Shown here: positions 23,390 to 41,500 of the stretch, one piece after another
How positions within the stretch are numbered: the first letter of the stretch is position 1
Layout of the letters: each line of letters begins with the position of its first letter
Source: Orbicella franksi
Lineage: Eukaryota
NCBI GenBank assembly: GCA_964199315.1
Contig: OZ116709.1
Coordinates: 2,046,001 to 2,110,000 of the forward strand
Length of the DNA: 64,000 nt
Reading direction: 5' to 3'
Made by a program: the position numbers and the translations under genes
The notes under the pieces: model-generated
The model's database searches: none
What the model was told of the DNA's origin: nothing
The model's input: the letters and a program-made list of their open reading frames with translations, nothing else

Positions 23390-24720
23390 CAGGGAAAGCC
23401 ATCAGAAAAAGCATTCCTGTGCTCATCAAGTTTCGCAGTAAGATACGAAGCGTCAGCAGCCAGTTAGACTATGTTATAGGAGCCTTCCTTCTAGGGGATG
23501 CTTAGATGTTCTGAGGCACGACTGCTGACACCAGACTAGATTGCGAACACCGTTGCAGTTCGCAGTTATGGAGTGACTAGCTGGGATGTCTGGAATGACA
23601 TTTGAATGAACGTGCACTCCCACTGTCAGGTCACTAATAATCACAAGGTAATATAATCAAGTAAACTGATTAAGTTGCCTGCCCTTAATCTTAACTGTGT
23701 GGCAAGCCATGTCCTAAAACAAACCCGTGTTTGGCTTCCTGGTATAACTTTTGTGCCCTTGGCTTCAAAATTTCTCATTTCCTCTCGAAGATTCGCTTCT
23801 CGGTCAGCTGTTTTCTGTTCGCAAAATTTTTGATTAACGCTATTAACTTCCCACTTACTAGCCGACTAATTTGCTAAAAAAAAACCCAGTAAAACACAAA
23901 GTTCTATTTCTGCCAAAGGAAGAGGCTGTTCCAAAGGTCTGTCATAAAATAATTAGAAAGGATTACCAAGGGGGGATAGGGTCAGATAAATTATGCTGCA
24001 TAATTTTGAGTATTATAATGCTGTAGTCAGAGCATCGAGCATAATGACTAAAATCTTAAAGCATAAACGTCTTAAACTCAATTTCTGGTACTTTTAGGAT
24101 GAAGTTCTCAGCATACGGGTCTCTAACCCTAAGTGTCTGTGTTATCAGCATGACTGTAACAGTAATTAAGAGTCACTTGTTTTATCGATTCAAAGACTAA
24201 AGCAAAGAACAGAACGATGTTTAATGTCTTCACTGTAATTTAGATTCAATTAACTGAATGAAACATACGCCTATTCAAATAGTCAACTGTCTCACACCAG
24301 GGTCTACAAAGTCAAACCAGACTGAAAGATGCAGTCATCAAACATATGACTCTGTTTTTCTCCTCTGTAAGCTTGTGTTAGTAACAACATGCATTAACCA
24401 GTAGAAAGCTTTTATTCAAGAGTGCAATAAGAGGATTATATTCGGGGTACAGATAATCATTTCCGTTAAGCAAAGTTAACTTTGTGCGAAAGTGTCTCTT
24501 GGGTCACAAAAAAGTATCTGTTGTCTGTGTGCGATGAATATGGAGTTCGTATATATATTGAGCAGGCTATTATGTAATAGGAAATGAATGAGCTTTCCAC
24601 TGGAACAAACAAAGCTGTCTGTAATAAGAGGGTGTCTGTATTTTAAGTGTGTGTTATCAGTAGAGTAGGATTCTATTGTATTTATAAATTTCAATCATAA
24701 GTTAACAATGGTATATATTA

Positions 24721-24723
<3 letters not shown>

Positions 24724-24776
<53 letters not shown>

Positions 24777-24785
24777 TATATATAC
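24724..24785. repeat. (AT)n microsatellite
   Basis: Direct reading. Confidence 0.95.
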
Positions 24786-25080
24786 CTTGTTACAATTTTT
24801 AGGTACAATCCTGAAAATCTTACAACTCTTGAAAGCTATGTTTATCCGCAGGTATGGGTATCTCAAGACCTAGGTAAACCAAGCTACCAATGCCCGATAA
24901 ATATAGAGTGATCGAAACCTAATTTACTTTTAATTAGTTCAAAACGTTACAAATAGTCTACAACCTGGCAGTTAAAATGCATTTTTTTTGATCTAAAAGC
25001 ACAGTGAGGTTGAAGGCTTGGTATAGAAATTACTGATGTGAGCCACATGTTAATCATAACTTTATTTCACTTATTAAATA

Positions 25081-26498
25081 CAGTCGAACCTGTATATAAC
25101 GGGTCATAACGGCCCTGTATTGAGCGGCCAATTAAGCAGCCAGTTTTCAAAGTCCTGATTTTTCACTCATTCAAATGCTGTATTTGTTACCTTTTTATAT
25201 AAGCGGCTGCAGCCACCCCGTAGCAGTCCTATGTTTGTCTTTCTTTGTTATTTTTACCTGTATTAAGCGGCCACCCTCGAACGGAAACTAAGGCACATGT
25301 TATTTTATGTGGTATTTCATTGTGTTTAAAAGGCGATCCATCATCACTGTGAAGAAATAAAATGAATAAAGCCACTTTAAGCTGATAGTCGGCCGTTAAG
25401 TATTGTTAACGCTTTCAGATGTCCACAATGTGCTGAAGTACAGTACCATATCATGAAACCAAAAAATGTTTGTTTTGAATATGCTTCACTCTTAAGCTAG
25501 AAATTCCTTTTTAATTAGCTTGTTCTTCAGCCATGTGATGGAGAATGAATCGCCTTCAAACATACACTTGCAAGGGATTTTCATACCCTAACCTCCACCT
25601 CTGTAAACTTGCTTGCCCTTTACCGTAACTTTCCCGTTGTTTGTTGGCCGTTTCAAATATTTCAGTTAGCCACAATGCCATTAGCTTAGGGGCATTTCCA
25701 ATCACTTCATAATCGTCCCTCATTTCATTTTAAGAAAACAGCCCTAGGAAAATACGCACGCTGATTGGTTAAAATCGTGTTTCTAGAACTCGATGGAAAC
25801 ACAGAACTAGCACGAGCTCTTGATGTAATGATGGCGCAAGCAAAGAGAATTTACATTTTGATGATCAAAGTAAACAAGCTGTTTTCCTTTTTTCCGTCGT
25901 GGTGTTTTCTAAAAGAAATAGAAAACATGTTCTCCGTGTTTCTATCGAGTTGTATAGAAACACTCGTGAAAGATTGGTGAACTCGAAAAAGCTGTGGAAA
26001 CACTCACCTGCAGCTCCTGTTCCCACAGCATTTCTCGTTCTCCCAAACTTCCACTCGTGTTTCTATTAAGCAATTAGATCATGAGCTTGAGATTTCTATC
26101 GCGTGATAGTTGACAAGGGCGCAGTCAACTAGTATAAATCTACTAGCCGTGCAAAACTTCATCTAAATCCTCTTCACAGACACTTCGAAAATGCCTAGAG
26201 GCGGCCGTCATTTTGTTAACAAGCGCACACTGCTACGCTACTCACTATCTATCACAGAATAGATAGTGTGTAGCGTAGCCAATCAGAGAGCAGTATTCGT
26301 GATAGAACGCTAGTAGATTTATACTAAAACTCGATAGAAACACGGTACATGCTTTCTATTTCTTAAATTGTGATTAAATCCCAGTGAGTATTTTTAGTGC
26401 ATCCTGTATTAAGCGGCCACCTGTATCAAGCGGCCAGTTCCTCAGTCAAGTCGATCCCGAGGGTGGCCATTACATAGTACTATATACAGGTTCGACTG
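25081..26498. mobile_element. Tc1/pogo-type MITE (TA target) carrying nested repeats
   Basis: Perfect TA|CAGTCGAACCTGTATATA ... TATATACAGGTTCGACTG|TA, with internal repeated TTAAGCGGCCA motifs. Confidence 0.85.
26130..26326. mobile_element. Small MITE nested inside another dispersed repeat within the pogo MITE
   Basis: Perfect 17-bp TIR TAGTATAAATCTACTAG / CTAGTAGATTTATACTA. Confidence 0.85.
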
Positions 26499-28569
26499 TA
26501 TATGAATTTTGCACAACAATAGCTATTTTTAGTTTGGTGATATCTTCCTTACCAATGGAGAAATGCTTAAAATGCCTGTTACAGCAAGTTTAATGTTTGC
26601 ATTAAAAATAGTAATTAACTGAAGTCACTTGAATGACCCAAAGAAAGAAAGTATATTTTCAAAGATGATCTGCAGTCCTTTTCCTCCCTTGTCATCAAGG
26701 AGAGAAATCCTAGTCCTAGAGGACAAGTAGTCACCAACCAAAAAAACCCTGAATAAATTATGAACTGGGCACAGCACCCCAGGCCACCCACTTAACTACA
26801 TGTAGTCATACTAAAGACAGGACTTGACATTAAAAAGGTATAGTTTAACTATTGGTTTTTCATTCTGGGTTGTATGTTAGTTTCTGGCAGGCTTTGCTTT
26901 CCATAACTTTGCCCAGGTTACTGACTAAACTGTGGTACAAATAGGAAGGAGATCTTGGGTGAAACTATTGTGAAATAGCAGTAACAAATTAGTACAGCAA
27001 GTAAGAGATTTCTTTGAAGAATGATCACAAGAAATACCTGGAATATAATATACCTTGGTCATGAGAAACACTTAGAAATACCTTGGTCCTAAGGAATACT
27101 TGGGAATATAAATTTCTTGAGCAGGTAACATATTATTCCACTATTACTGAATTCCAGTCATGCCAGTAGTTCTTAGGCAGAACATAGCATAAAGGGCAAC
27201 AAAACATCCCCTTGTGTGGAGTCTTAACAAGGTACATTGTGTTTCACATTATTTCATTTACAATCCAAAATTATGTTCCATTGCAAATTTGAGATTTTGT
27301 GCTAAATCTAAACTTCACTAATCATGACAGTAGTCAACATAATTTTTGATTATTTGTTTTGAACCAGAATACCCCTTGACCCAAGTGAGGAATCTGCACT
27401 CTTTTGATGGGCGTGGTTTGATTAAGCGTTTTGCAAGTATTTTAAATATTTTAATGGAAGCATCATTGTTGAAGAGTTTGTTTTGTTTTGATTTGTTCAA
27501 AATGTTTTTAAATGTCATATTCCCTTTAATAAGGCATTGAATTTCTAAACTTTAAAAGTTTGACTGTTGCTATTTTGTGTTGTGTTTTCACTATTCTTAT
27601 TTTAGTAAAGTTGCAGTTTTAAACATGTATTCATTACAGCCAACAGCCAACCTCGGTCTCAGGTCTCTTATCGTCCTGCCCTATTTTCTCACTCTGGTAG
27701 GATGGGAAGATGAGAGACCCCGGGAAAGACCAACAATTAACACCAGTTGAAGTAAAAGTACTGAAATTTTATATGTGCATTTGTTTATTTGAGTTATTAA
27801 AAAAGAAAAAAATTGAAATTGTTTGTGAACCGAGACTCTAGCCATAATTCCATGTCATGGGTCTCCACAATTTATTTAGTAAAACAAATTTATTTTTAAC
27901 AAAATGAAACACCTGTCATAAATCCATGTCATATGGTACCGCGTCCTCTGTTGACCTCTCCCACCTTCAGAGATCATGACTCAAATTAATTTTATCAACT
28001 GACAAAAATGTACAAATACATAATTTTTCTTCTATAAAATATTTTAAATTAACTAACTCTGCAAAAGTACTTATTTTTCAAATATTTTTCGTACAGGTGA
28101 AAAATTAAATACGAATATTTTATAGAATTAATTTCATGAAGCCAGATGATAAATGGTCAAAATTTAGAATATTATTTTTTTTATCTACTAGCTGTGAATC
28201 TTCTGAAATTTGCCTCCTTCATTTCTGATTTTGTAAAAAAAAATATGGTTATATCTTTTCATTAAAATGACAGTAAAGAGTTGACCTCAACTCATTTTAA
28301 AACTTGATTTTACATTGTAGAGAATCTTACATGATTTAACAGCAGTACGTTATTTTAAAAATGTGTTAAGTCGAAACAGACTGGTTATGTCCAGTACATT
28401 GAACTAAGAATATTGAAGGCTCTATTTTGTTCTTGTTAAATACCCTTAAAACTATATACAAAACATAATCTGACAACATTAAAATGGTGTGAAAAAAATA
28501 AGTGGTTTACAGACCCTTTTGATGTTTATGTTGTAATATACTACTGATAATATAAATATATGGTATATC

Positions 28570-31500
28570 TCAGTTATCATCTAACTGCTGCCCTTCATGA
28601 CCTTGGAGACATTCATCTAAGAAGTCTATCACAGTCTGTGAAAATTCCTTTGGTTTCTCTGCATGAGGCCAGTGCCCGCTGTCTGGTATAAATTTAATGT
28701 CAGCTCTGGGAAAAAGTCTGTGAATTTCAGGGAAATCCTCTAACCTTAAAAGAAAGATATTAAAATATTATTAGGTTGATGTAATTGCACCACGGAGCTT
28801 GATTTGAACCAAAGTGGTTAACCTTTTTACAAGTAATCACTTGCATAACTTTTTTCCATTGGTAAAAAAAAGAATGGAGAGAAGTTAATTACTGTAACAC
28901 TTGCTTTGTCATGACGTCATTGTAGCCTGTGAACAGGTAGACCCCTGAGCTGACATTCATTTGGCTCACGCATTCCTCCCCAATGAATTGCAACAGATGT
29001 TTGTTGGGGAGGAATGTATGACAAGCCAAAGGAAAATCTGCACAGGAGGCTAGTGGACAGACCCTCAAGCTTGTATCTGATTATGCATTAATGAGTCTCC
29101 AAGGATGAAAACCATGCCAAACATTTAACAAAGTTCTACATTGCCGCATGTCAGACATTCCTCACGCCCCATAAACATCAGGTAAAGGAACATGACTCAT
29201 ATCACCTTTAATTTGTAAAATGGTCAGATCAGGGAGACCTATGTAACGATTATTTTAATTTTGTCACAAGTTTCATCCTTAATCTAGGGTTACACAGGCA
29301 TCCTCTGCTCTATCATAGTGTGCCTTTATGCTGCAGAACTGCAGAATCTCAGATGTAAGTACTAACCCCTGAGAGAAACAATAGATTTAGCAACCTAATT
29401 CTCAAAAGCAATGGCTTTGAAAGAGCAACCACCTGAAAGTAGAGACCTCAGCCAGTGTATATCAAGAATACTAAATCAACTTAAAAGGGAATGGTTCATT
29501 TAGGTAGATTAATTTAGTTCCAGCCATACTATTTTCAGGATTGTACCGTAATTCCTGAGCAACACTCACCGTACATAGTCTGATTTAGCTCCACCAACAA
29601 AAAGTGTCTTTCCATTAAATTCTTGGTGTGGAAAATCTGTTGGAAAGCCTGACACTTCTGAAAGGTTGTTTTCTAGGGCTTCTAGATTAATTCTCCACTT
29701 AAATCCAATTTCTGTTTTTACAAGGTTTGTTAAGAAGAATGACCTCAAAAATGCATTCTGTATGAGATAATAAGATCAAAACACAGTGAATGTTAATCAG
29801 AAGGGAAAGGCCACACTGTCACTTCCTCCCGCTTACAACGCTTCAAAAATTTCATACGTGTGTACTTGCTTGCATAAGTTGTATTAGCTTAAAATGGATT
29901 CATATTTAGATCAATTGAAAATTATTTCAAAGTAGATTGTTATTAAGTAGTTTTCGTTGACTCACTGTAAAATTATGGTTACCATTAGGTAATAAATCTG
30001 GAACAAAGAAACAACAATTTTTAAAGCTGTTCAAATTATTTGACCCAAAATTTCCCAAGGCAGGGCATGTAGCTGATGGTGTTAATAATTTGAAACTCTA
30101 TCCAAGGTCTGTTGAAAAAAACATCAGTACTGATGCACATATCTCTGATCACAGTCATGAATCCATAATATCACCTAAGCAGACAGTCTTTCAATGCAAA
30201 CATGTACATATACCTGACACACTGTTGCCTCTACACAGGGCTTCTGGGAGGGTGTGAGAAAAAAAATTGTGCTGGATTTTGGGGCCAAATTATGTGGGGG
30301 AAAGCATCTGATTGGACAGGGATTTGTGGATTGTTAGAATTATTGAGCATCATTGCAAGTGTGCAGGTTGGACCAAATTGAGCAGTGCCACACCTGTACA
30401 GTTGTTGACTTTCAAAAGCCCTGGTTTTTGACATGTATGGACTGAAAGCTGGGACGTGGCTATGAATAAACTATGTAGGCTCAAAATAACCTCCAGTACT
30501 GTTTTCTAGTGAAATTTCAGTCACTGACTCTTTTTCCACGAATGAATTATTAGCCATTAGTCAGTCATTACCTAACATCATTGTGCAATCGTTCCATCAC
30601 TAAAATATAATTTTACTCACAGGTACGACATCCACCAACATCTTTTCAGCATCTCGTTTGTCCATGATGAGACTTAAATTCATTCCCCGCTTTGCTGCTA
30701 AATAACTTGGGATATCTTTATCCACACCAATTTTGGCAGGAGACATGTCAACCACTATGAGGCTGTGCACATATTCAGGATGACACAGAGTAAATGTCAT
30801 TGATGTTTTTCCACCCATACTATGACCCATCAGCACTGCCCTGGAAAGCTCCAGCTCTTGGAACAAATTCCATACATCAACAGCTTGAACAAAATAGTTC
30901 ATTTCGGGACTGTGCATGCTTTCTCCATGATTTCTTGCATCAACTGTTACTATCTATAACGAAGAGAGCAAGAAACAGGTTACAGGATTATCATCTGTAG
31001 AGTGCTAGGTGGTAGGATGTTCAATTCCTATTGAAGTCACCAATCTTTTTACAATTGGACAAGAAGCCACACATTCTCCAAGTATGAAATGTAAATGCAC
31101 ATTATAACTGGCCATAATTTACCGAAAAGATCCAAAAAAGTGGTGACAGGTCCAACCCTAATTTCAGTGGTAAGACATTACAAGTAAAGAGGTCAGAAAA
31201 ATATCAAAAAAAGCATGTGATGGTTACCTGCCTACCAGTTTCCTTGTGGAACAGTTTGGCAAGTGTTCTCCAGTTTTGTTTGGATCCAAACAGGCCATGC
31301 AGAATAACCAGAGGAGGTAGCTTTTCCCCATCAGTGGTTGCATCAATGCTTTCATAAGCTAGCCTTACTGCTGAACTAATTAGAAAAGAAATAGACAGTC
31401 AACAACCTCATTGCCCAGAAGGGAATGACGCATATTTTTTTTTGCTTTTGTGGGTCACTTGGTAGTTGAATAGACATCGAAGCTATTATCTGTGAAATCT

Positions 31501-31957
31501 GGTATTTGAGCAAATGTATGTTAGAGTTTTAATAGAACGCTATGTTTATGATAATTAGATTCAGATTTTACATGTGCTTGGCCAATGATCAACATCATAA
31601 ATCGAGAACTCCTTTCTCAATATTAAAAAGCAACTAAATAACTGCTGAATAAGGCTTCGTTGCATCTATTTTCTAAATTCAAATCGAGAGAGAAATCTGA
31701 CTCCTTCCTCCCAGTTTTCCCCAGTCAAACAAAAATTAAATCTTTAGCCAGCCTCAGCGAGGGTGTAGTTTCAACATGATCTTCCCTTCCGTTTTCAGCC
31801 CTCAAAAACTTCCTGTTGAAACAAACTTTCTTTGGTACCTTCCATATATAGTACTGTATGGTAAACTATTTTGGCATCTTAGCATGTGGCCACTTTTAAG
31901 GCAAATGCGTTGCTTATGGACAAGTTGAAACAGCCTGTTCAATCGCAAAAGGCTCAT
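28570..31957 (-). CDS. ABHD11: Alpha/beta hydrolase domain-containing protein 11 (mitochondrial), 5 exons, ~320 aa
   Basis: Exons 31957-31839 (basic targeting-peptide-like MSLLRLNRLF...), 31375-31228 (PPLVILHGLFGSKQNWRTLAK), 30953-30621 (VDARNHGES...GHSMGGK...LIVVDMSP), 29757-29570 (RSFFLTNLV...WRINL...LFVGGAKSDYV) and 28744-28570 (FPRADI..IPDSGHWPHAEKP). Splice phases are consistent. Confidence 0.95.
28924..29052. mobile_element. AGCCTG-type MITE in an ABHD11 intron
   Basis: Termini AGCCTG / GAGGCTA and an internal inverted pair CATTCCTCCCCAA / TTGGGGAGGAATG. Confidence 0.6.
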
Positions 31958-32228
31958 TTTGCAGGACTTGCAGGTTCAAACGAAAAACACATTCATTGCA
32001 AGGCGTTCCACTTAGTTGGCCAGGTTACGTAATTGAAAGAAGCGCCGGGAAGCCAAGCCTTTGCTAGCTGCCGTGTGAAAACTGGTTAGAGCTAAGCCCC
32101 ACCTCGAAATACCACGTGATCAAAACTTCATTGGACTTCTCATATAAGCTTACTTCCTGTGGTAGCAAAGGCGAAATATTCCTTGTTCTATATAGGTTTT
32201 TATATATATTTTAAATGAGTATTGTGGT
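31958..32228. promoter_or_regulatory. Bidirectional promoter shared by ABHD11 and RAB35
   Basis: Only 271 nt separate the divergent ATGs. E-box CACGTG at 32113-32118 and ETS-type ACTTCCTG at 32152-32159. Confidence 0.75.
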
Positions 32229-36781
<4,553 letters not shown>

Positions 36782-38576
36782 TATATACATGTCTAAGTCA
36801 GATTTTAGAACTCTATCAATGACACAGTCTACGAACTGTGGTAAAATATGGATACTTATTTACCTCTTGGGCCGAATACCAAAGATTTAACCTCTAACCC
36901 TGTTTTACATGTTGTCCATGTACACTACCAAAACAGAGCACAGTCGAAACTGCAGTTCTTTACCTCTCTTTCCTTTCATGAGTTTGAGTTTCAAGTCCAG
37001 TTCTTGATAAAACTATCCCAGGAAGAGTCTGCACTTTCATCTTGACTGCTCCTGCAGCGTGCAGCTTGCTTAGATTGATAATTAATTGAAAGTCTCTTGT
37101 TTCTACCTCAGACTTTCATTTGTCAATTTACACAGAATTTTGTGCGGTAGCCTTGTTTGAAGCAATCACACCTCTAAAATGGAGAACGAAACAATTTGTA
37201 CACTATATGTAGTGTAAAGATAAATACATGTATATGGCTCTACTCTTACACCCAAATGAAAGCTTGCCATTCTCGGGGCAACTGGAATGCTTATTAAGCC
37301 AATCGGAGTGTTGATTAGACTAAACGGACGCCACGGAGTGCTAATCAGCCTAATGATAGTGATTTGACACCTGAGCTTGAACTCAAACGCTTGAACTGAT
37401 CAATCCTGTCTTCCTTTGTGTACAGAATCCTTAGTTTTTGTTAAATTTATAGTTGTTATTATTTTAAGAAAATTGCTGGAACTTTGCCATTTGTGTGGAG
37501 TGGCAAAAAATAAATGAATGCGTAGAAGTGTATATAATACATGTTACATAAGACTGCTACCCCGTTCTACATTCCATCTCTCTTTTATGGAGAGCAACCA
37601 TGATTGCCAACTTTGTCCTCGCGAGCTTCTCGCTACGTCATAACAGACTTTTTATTCTTCCCTACATTGGTTGTCAACGCTCACAGTCTAGTAACTCTTC
37701 TGGTAATTTCTTACTTGACTCATCAGTTGAACCTGATTGAAGTTGACATACTTTGTCCAAAAAATTTTCGTACTTGTATGATAAGCAGTTTTTCAGCGCC
37801 CATACAGTGAATCCCGACTGTGACGAATTTTCCGCTCACGAAGAACATATTCAGTTGTTCGCAAATATATATTTATTTTAAACTGAAGACATGTATAACG
37901 GGCATTGAAGTTACTATTGGAGTGACTACATATTAATGCTTCAAAACGGTAATTAATAGTAACATTCCTGACATGTTCAGGCGACTGTTCACATGTAAAC
38001 CAATAACGAGATTTTTCTGTGTGTTTGAAAGTGCTCTGAAGTTTCTGATCATACGCTCCGAAAAAGAGGCAATGAATAACTTTCTGGTCTGCAGCATCAT
38101 ATTAGCTATGGTTGAATGATTAAACAAGAATAATTCGAATTGGACCAGCATGTAAAGTCAATCTTGAAAGAACCTGCAATTTTTTGTTCATAGTCAGTAT
38201 TGTTGCTAGGTAACAATAATTAATTTGAAAGTCGAGCTGACGGCAAGCTTCCTGTTTTACAATGCACGCATTAACTGCCAGGACAATGGAACTAATTCTT
38301 TCTTTATTAACTTTTCGTATTTTTATTGCCGAACAACAGGGTTATTATGACATTGTATGAATGCCTTCGTTTTTGATCATCGTCAGTGTATATTGATCAG
38401 CTTTTGTACATGTTGGATGGCCAGCGATGAATGGCGATAATAATGATGATAATGATGATGAATTAATATTGGTTTTGGCCAGCCAATGGAGTTCTTTGTA
38501 GACGTAATGTGATCGATTTCACGGGTGACTTGGTGACTCGGTGCTTCACCTGAAATTCCAAATAATGGCGGCTGTA

Positions 38577-41500
38577 TCACTGAAAATTAACATTGCAAGG
38601 GAACAGGTTGCACAGGCGTGTCTGTTTGTCAGAGCCCAGCATGGCACAGTCTTTTCCGCCTATCTGTGGAGCCGGGTTATTACAAAAGCGGTTTCTCTCT
38701 TGAATCCCTCCACCACAATCTGCATCACAAGGTAGCCATGGTGACCACATACCGTATCTTCCATCAACTACGTAAAATAAACAATTGAATGAATCAGATA
38801 AGTACTTCAAGTTTCGAGAATATATAGTGTCAGAAATGATCCAGTTGTCTCCCCGCATCTACTGTGTTATAAGACAACAGATGAGAAATTAGTCCGTTAT
38901 AATCCCATGAACCGGATAAGCCAGATGACTCTTAAGTGCCGGCACCGTTGCGCATTCTGTAAGCAGCAAAAAATAAACTTTCCTAAAAATTATGACATGG
39001 ATTATAGTGACTCCCCCAATATGGGATGCTAGGCCATTGTACCGCCCACTCCCCCGACACGGGTTGCCTCAACAATTCGCAGGTAGCCAATCATCATCCT
39101 TTGTAGAGATTTGTACAGAGTGAATGACGTATCCTATAGCTAAGACAGCGACTATATCCCACGAGGGTATAAGACGGAAAAGTGGCGATAAGAGCAACCA
39201 GCCCAGGGAATCTGTTGACAGACTACAAAATCTGAGTCACATTACACTATTTAGTCCCCCCAAAAAATCGGAAAAAACCCTGCTAATGGGGGGTCGAGTC
39301 GTGCCAGAATCTGTCTACACTTTAGAGTACCTGGGCAGCTCCGTATGCTACAGGCTCTAGTTTGGACAGGTTGTCCAAAACATGGCTTCCCGCCGTTCAT
39401 TGGTACAGGATTTGTACAAGTTCGCATGCGGCGTTGAAAGCGTACGCTGCCACATGTTTTTGAACAAGGACCAAACCCGCTCCATGGACTATATCCTCCA
39501 TCAACTGTGGAAAACAACAAGTATAAACACAGTCACACACTTCTGAAGGCAATCTAACAGGCTAACTTATGTGAAGTGAGATAAAGTAAACATTTCGACT
39601 CTTTCGTCACCCATGGTCGTTACGGATTGGTACGAGAGAACGTGGAGCGCATGCGTCGAGTCAGTTGACTAGACAACGTCCACGACCATGTCGACTAGAC
39701 CTTGTTTCAAGGTAGGGCGTAATTTTGAGCTTCATTTCCAATTTATCTGCTTCATTCCTTCTGGAAACGAAAGACATCTACCACGAAATCACCAGCTGAC
39801 TGGGATATCGCAAAACATCACTGTCTACGACTGAAGGTAAGTAAAACTCCAGCGTTAAATGTTACTGCTTTTGCGACTTACATTTTTCCCGCCCTTTTCA
39901 TTCAGGATAAATGGCCGCGAGTGGCCGCATCCACGAAAACGAGGATTCATGACTACTGATCCCACTCAACTTAAATTGGAATGCAGTTTCTCCAAAAGTC
40001 TTCTATCCGTGCTAAGTTCGTTGCTGGAGAACTTAGCTTTCTCAAATTTTGTGGCCCGTTAAAAGTATTCCTTGCTATCGCAAGTTTTGATTTTTTTTCA
40101 ATCTTTGCTGAAGGTAAGTTCTAGATTAGTAGCCGACTGAAGAGTTTGATTTCTTATTTCTAATTGTCTATGTAATGTGAGGTGTATTGATCCTCACCCC
40201 AACATATTAAATTTGTCTGGATTATCTGAGTTTTACATCGTTTATACTAAAATCACACAAGTCCGTACCTGGGCAGCCATGACGATTACAGCGTCGAACT
40301 TGAATGGCTGGACCTAATGAATGACACATCTTTCCGCCCCCAGAGGGAATGGGCTTGTTACAGATTCTAGTCCGTACCTGTGCACCTCCTCCACACGATC
40401 TGTCACAGGTACCCCACTCTGACCAGTCACTGTATCCCCCGTCTGTATCGAAGTGGAAAAAAAGTCCTTAATCACTGCCTCCCTTATAGCAATACAATTC
40501 AACTGACACCAATGTAAAGCAAACATATCGTATGCACCTGTACACTGGCAGCCAACACGGGTGATTGATAACATCCAACCTGGGATTTACTAAGACTTTT
40601 ACATTGATCAAAGCACTCTTGATTGTTTCCTTACCTACAACCAGTGCACGAGCGAGAGCAGTTTCAGTAACACCATGTAAACTGGGAATTCGAGGAAAGT
40701 GAAATCCTAGATTGTTGAAAGTAAAGTTGTTACTGATCAGATGATAAACATAAATTTTAACTCGGATAAACTAAAGATATATACTAAATGCCAAGTTAAA
40801 GAACTTTTGAAAATAATTGATCCCATTTTGCATGACAATATTAACCTACCTTTTTCTCGAAAAACATTAGATCGTATCTGTTGAATTTTATTACCCAGTT
40901 CAATTGTTAACTTATTCTGACCAATCCTACCTAAATATGCGTTTATACCAGTTGAAATGGTGATGAAGTTTGTACTGCCATAATGTTCCTAAAATTTGTT
41001 GGACTTTGAGAGCTCTTGATAAATCTTGGACAGTTTACTGATGATGTTTCTGGGGTTTCATGCACTTTTATAATTACCTGAATAAAGTGCCAGTGGATTG
41101 TAGTTAAACAGTCGGACTTGTGGTCCAGAAAGGCTTGAGCTTGGTATCATCTGAGTGTATGCTGTAAGATAGAGATATATAAAGCTAACGGTAAGGGAAA
41201 ACTTGTGCCTGCGGCTCTTCCATTCGCACGTTCGTTCATTTTTTCCAATTAGTCTCCCATAATTCGAGCTGTAACTGGTTACCACAGCATCATCTATCAC
41301 TTTTTTTTTTCGAAACAAGTAATGCGCGGCATTTACTGTAAAGTTTAAAATGTTAAATACAGGGCCATAGTATTTTCTATCCTTTCCGCCGTCATCAGTT
41401 CTTCATTTTGTTTATTCTTATATTTGAAGTCTACGATATTTTTCGGTGCTGCTGTTATCTTAAAATTGGCTGATCTAGTGATTAACTAAGAACATAAGTT

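Noticed and set aside
38383-38580. His-rich ORF after the last TSP1 exon, preceded by an acceptor-like TTAATTTTCAG
   Set aside because: The only GT-AG interval there is 12 nt, too short to splice. It is treated as 3' UTR after NVNFQ*, though RNA-seq could reveal an alternative end.
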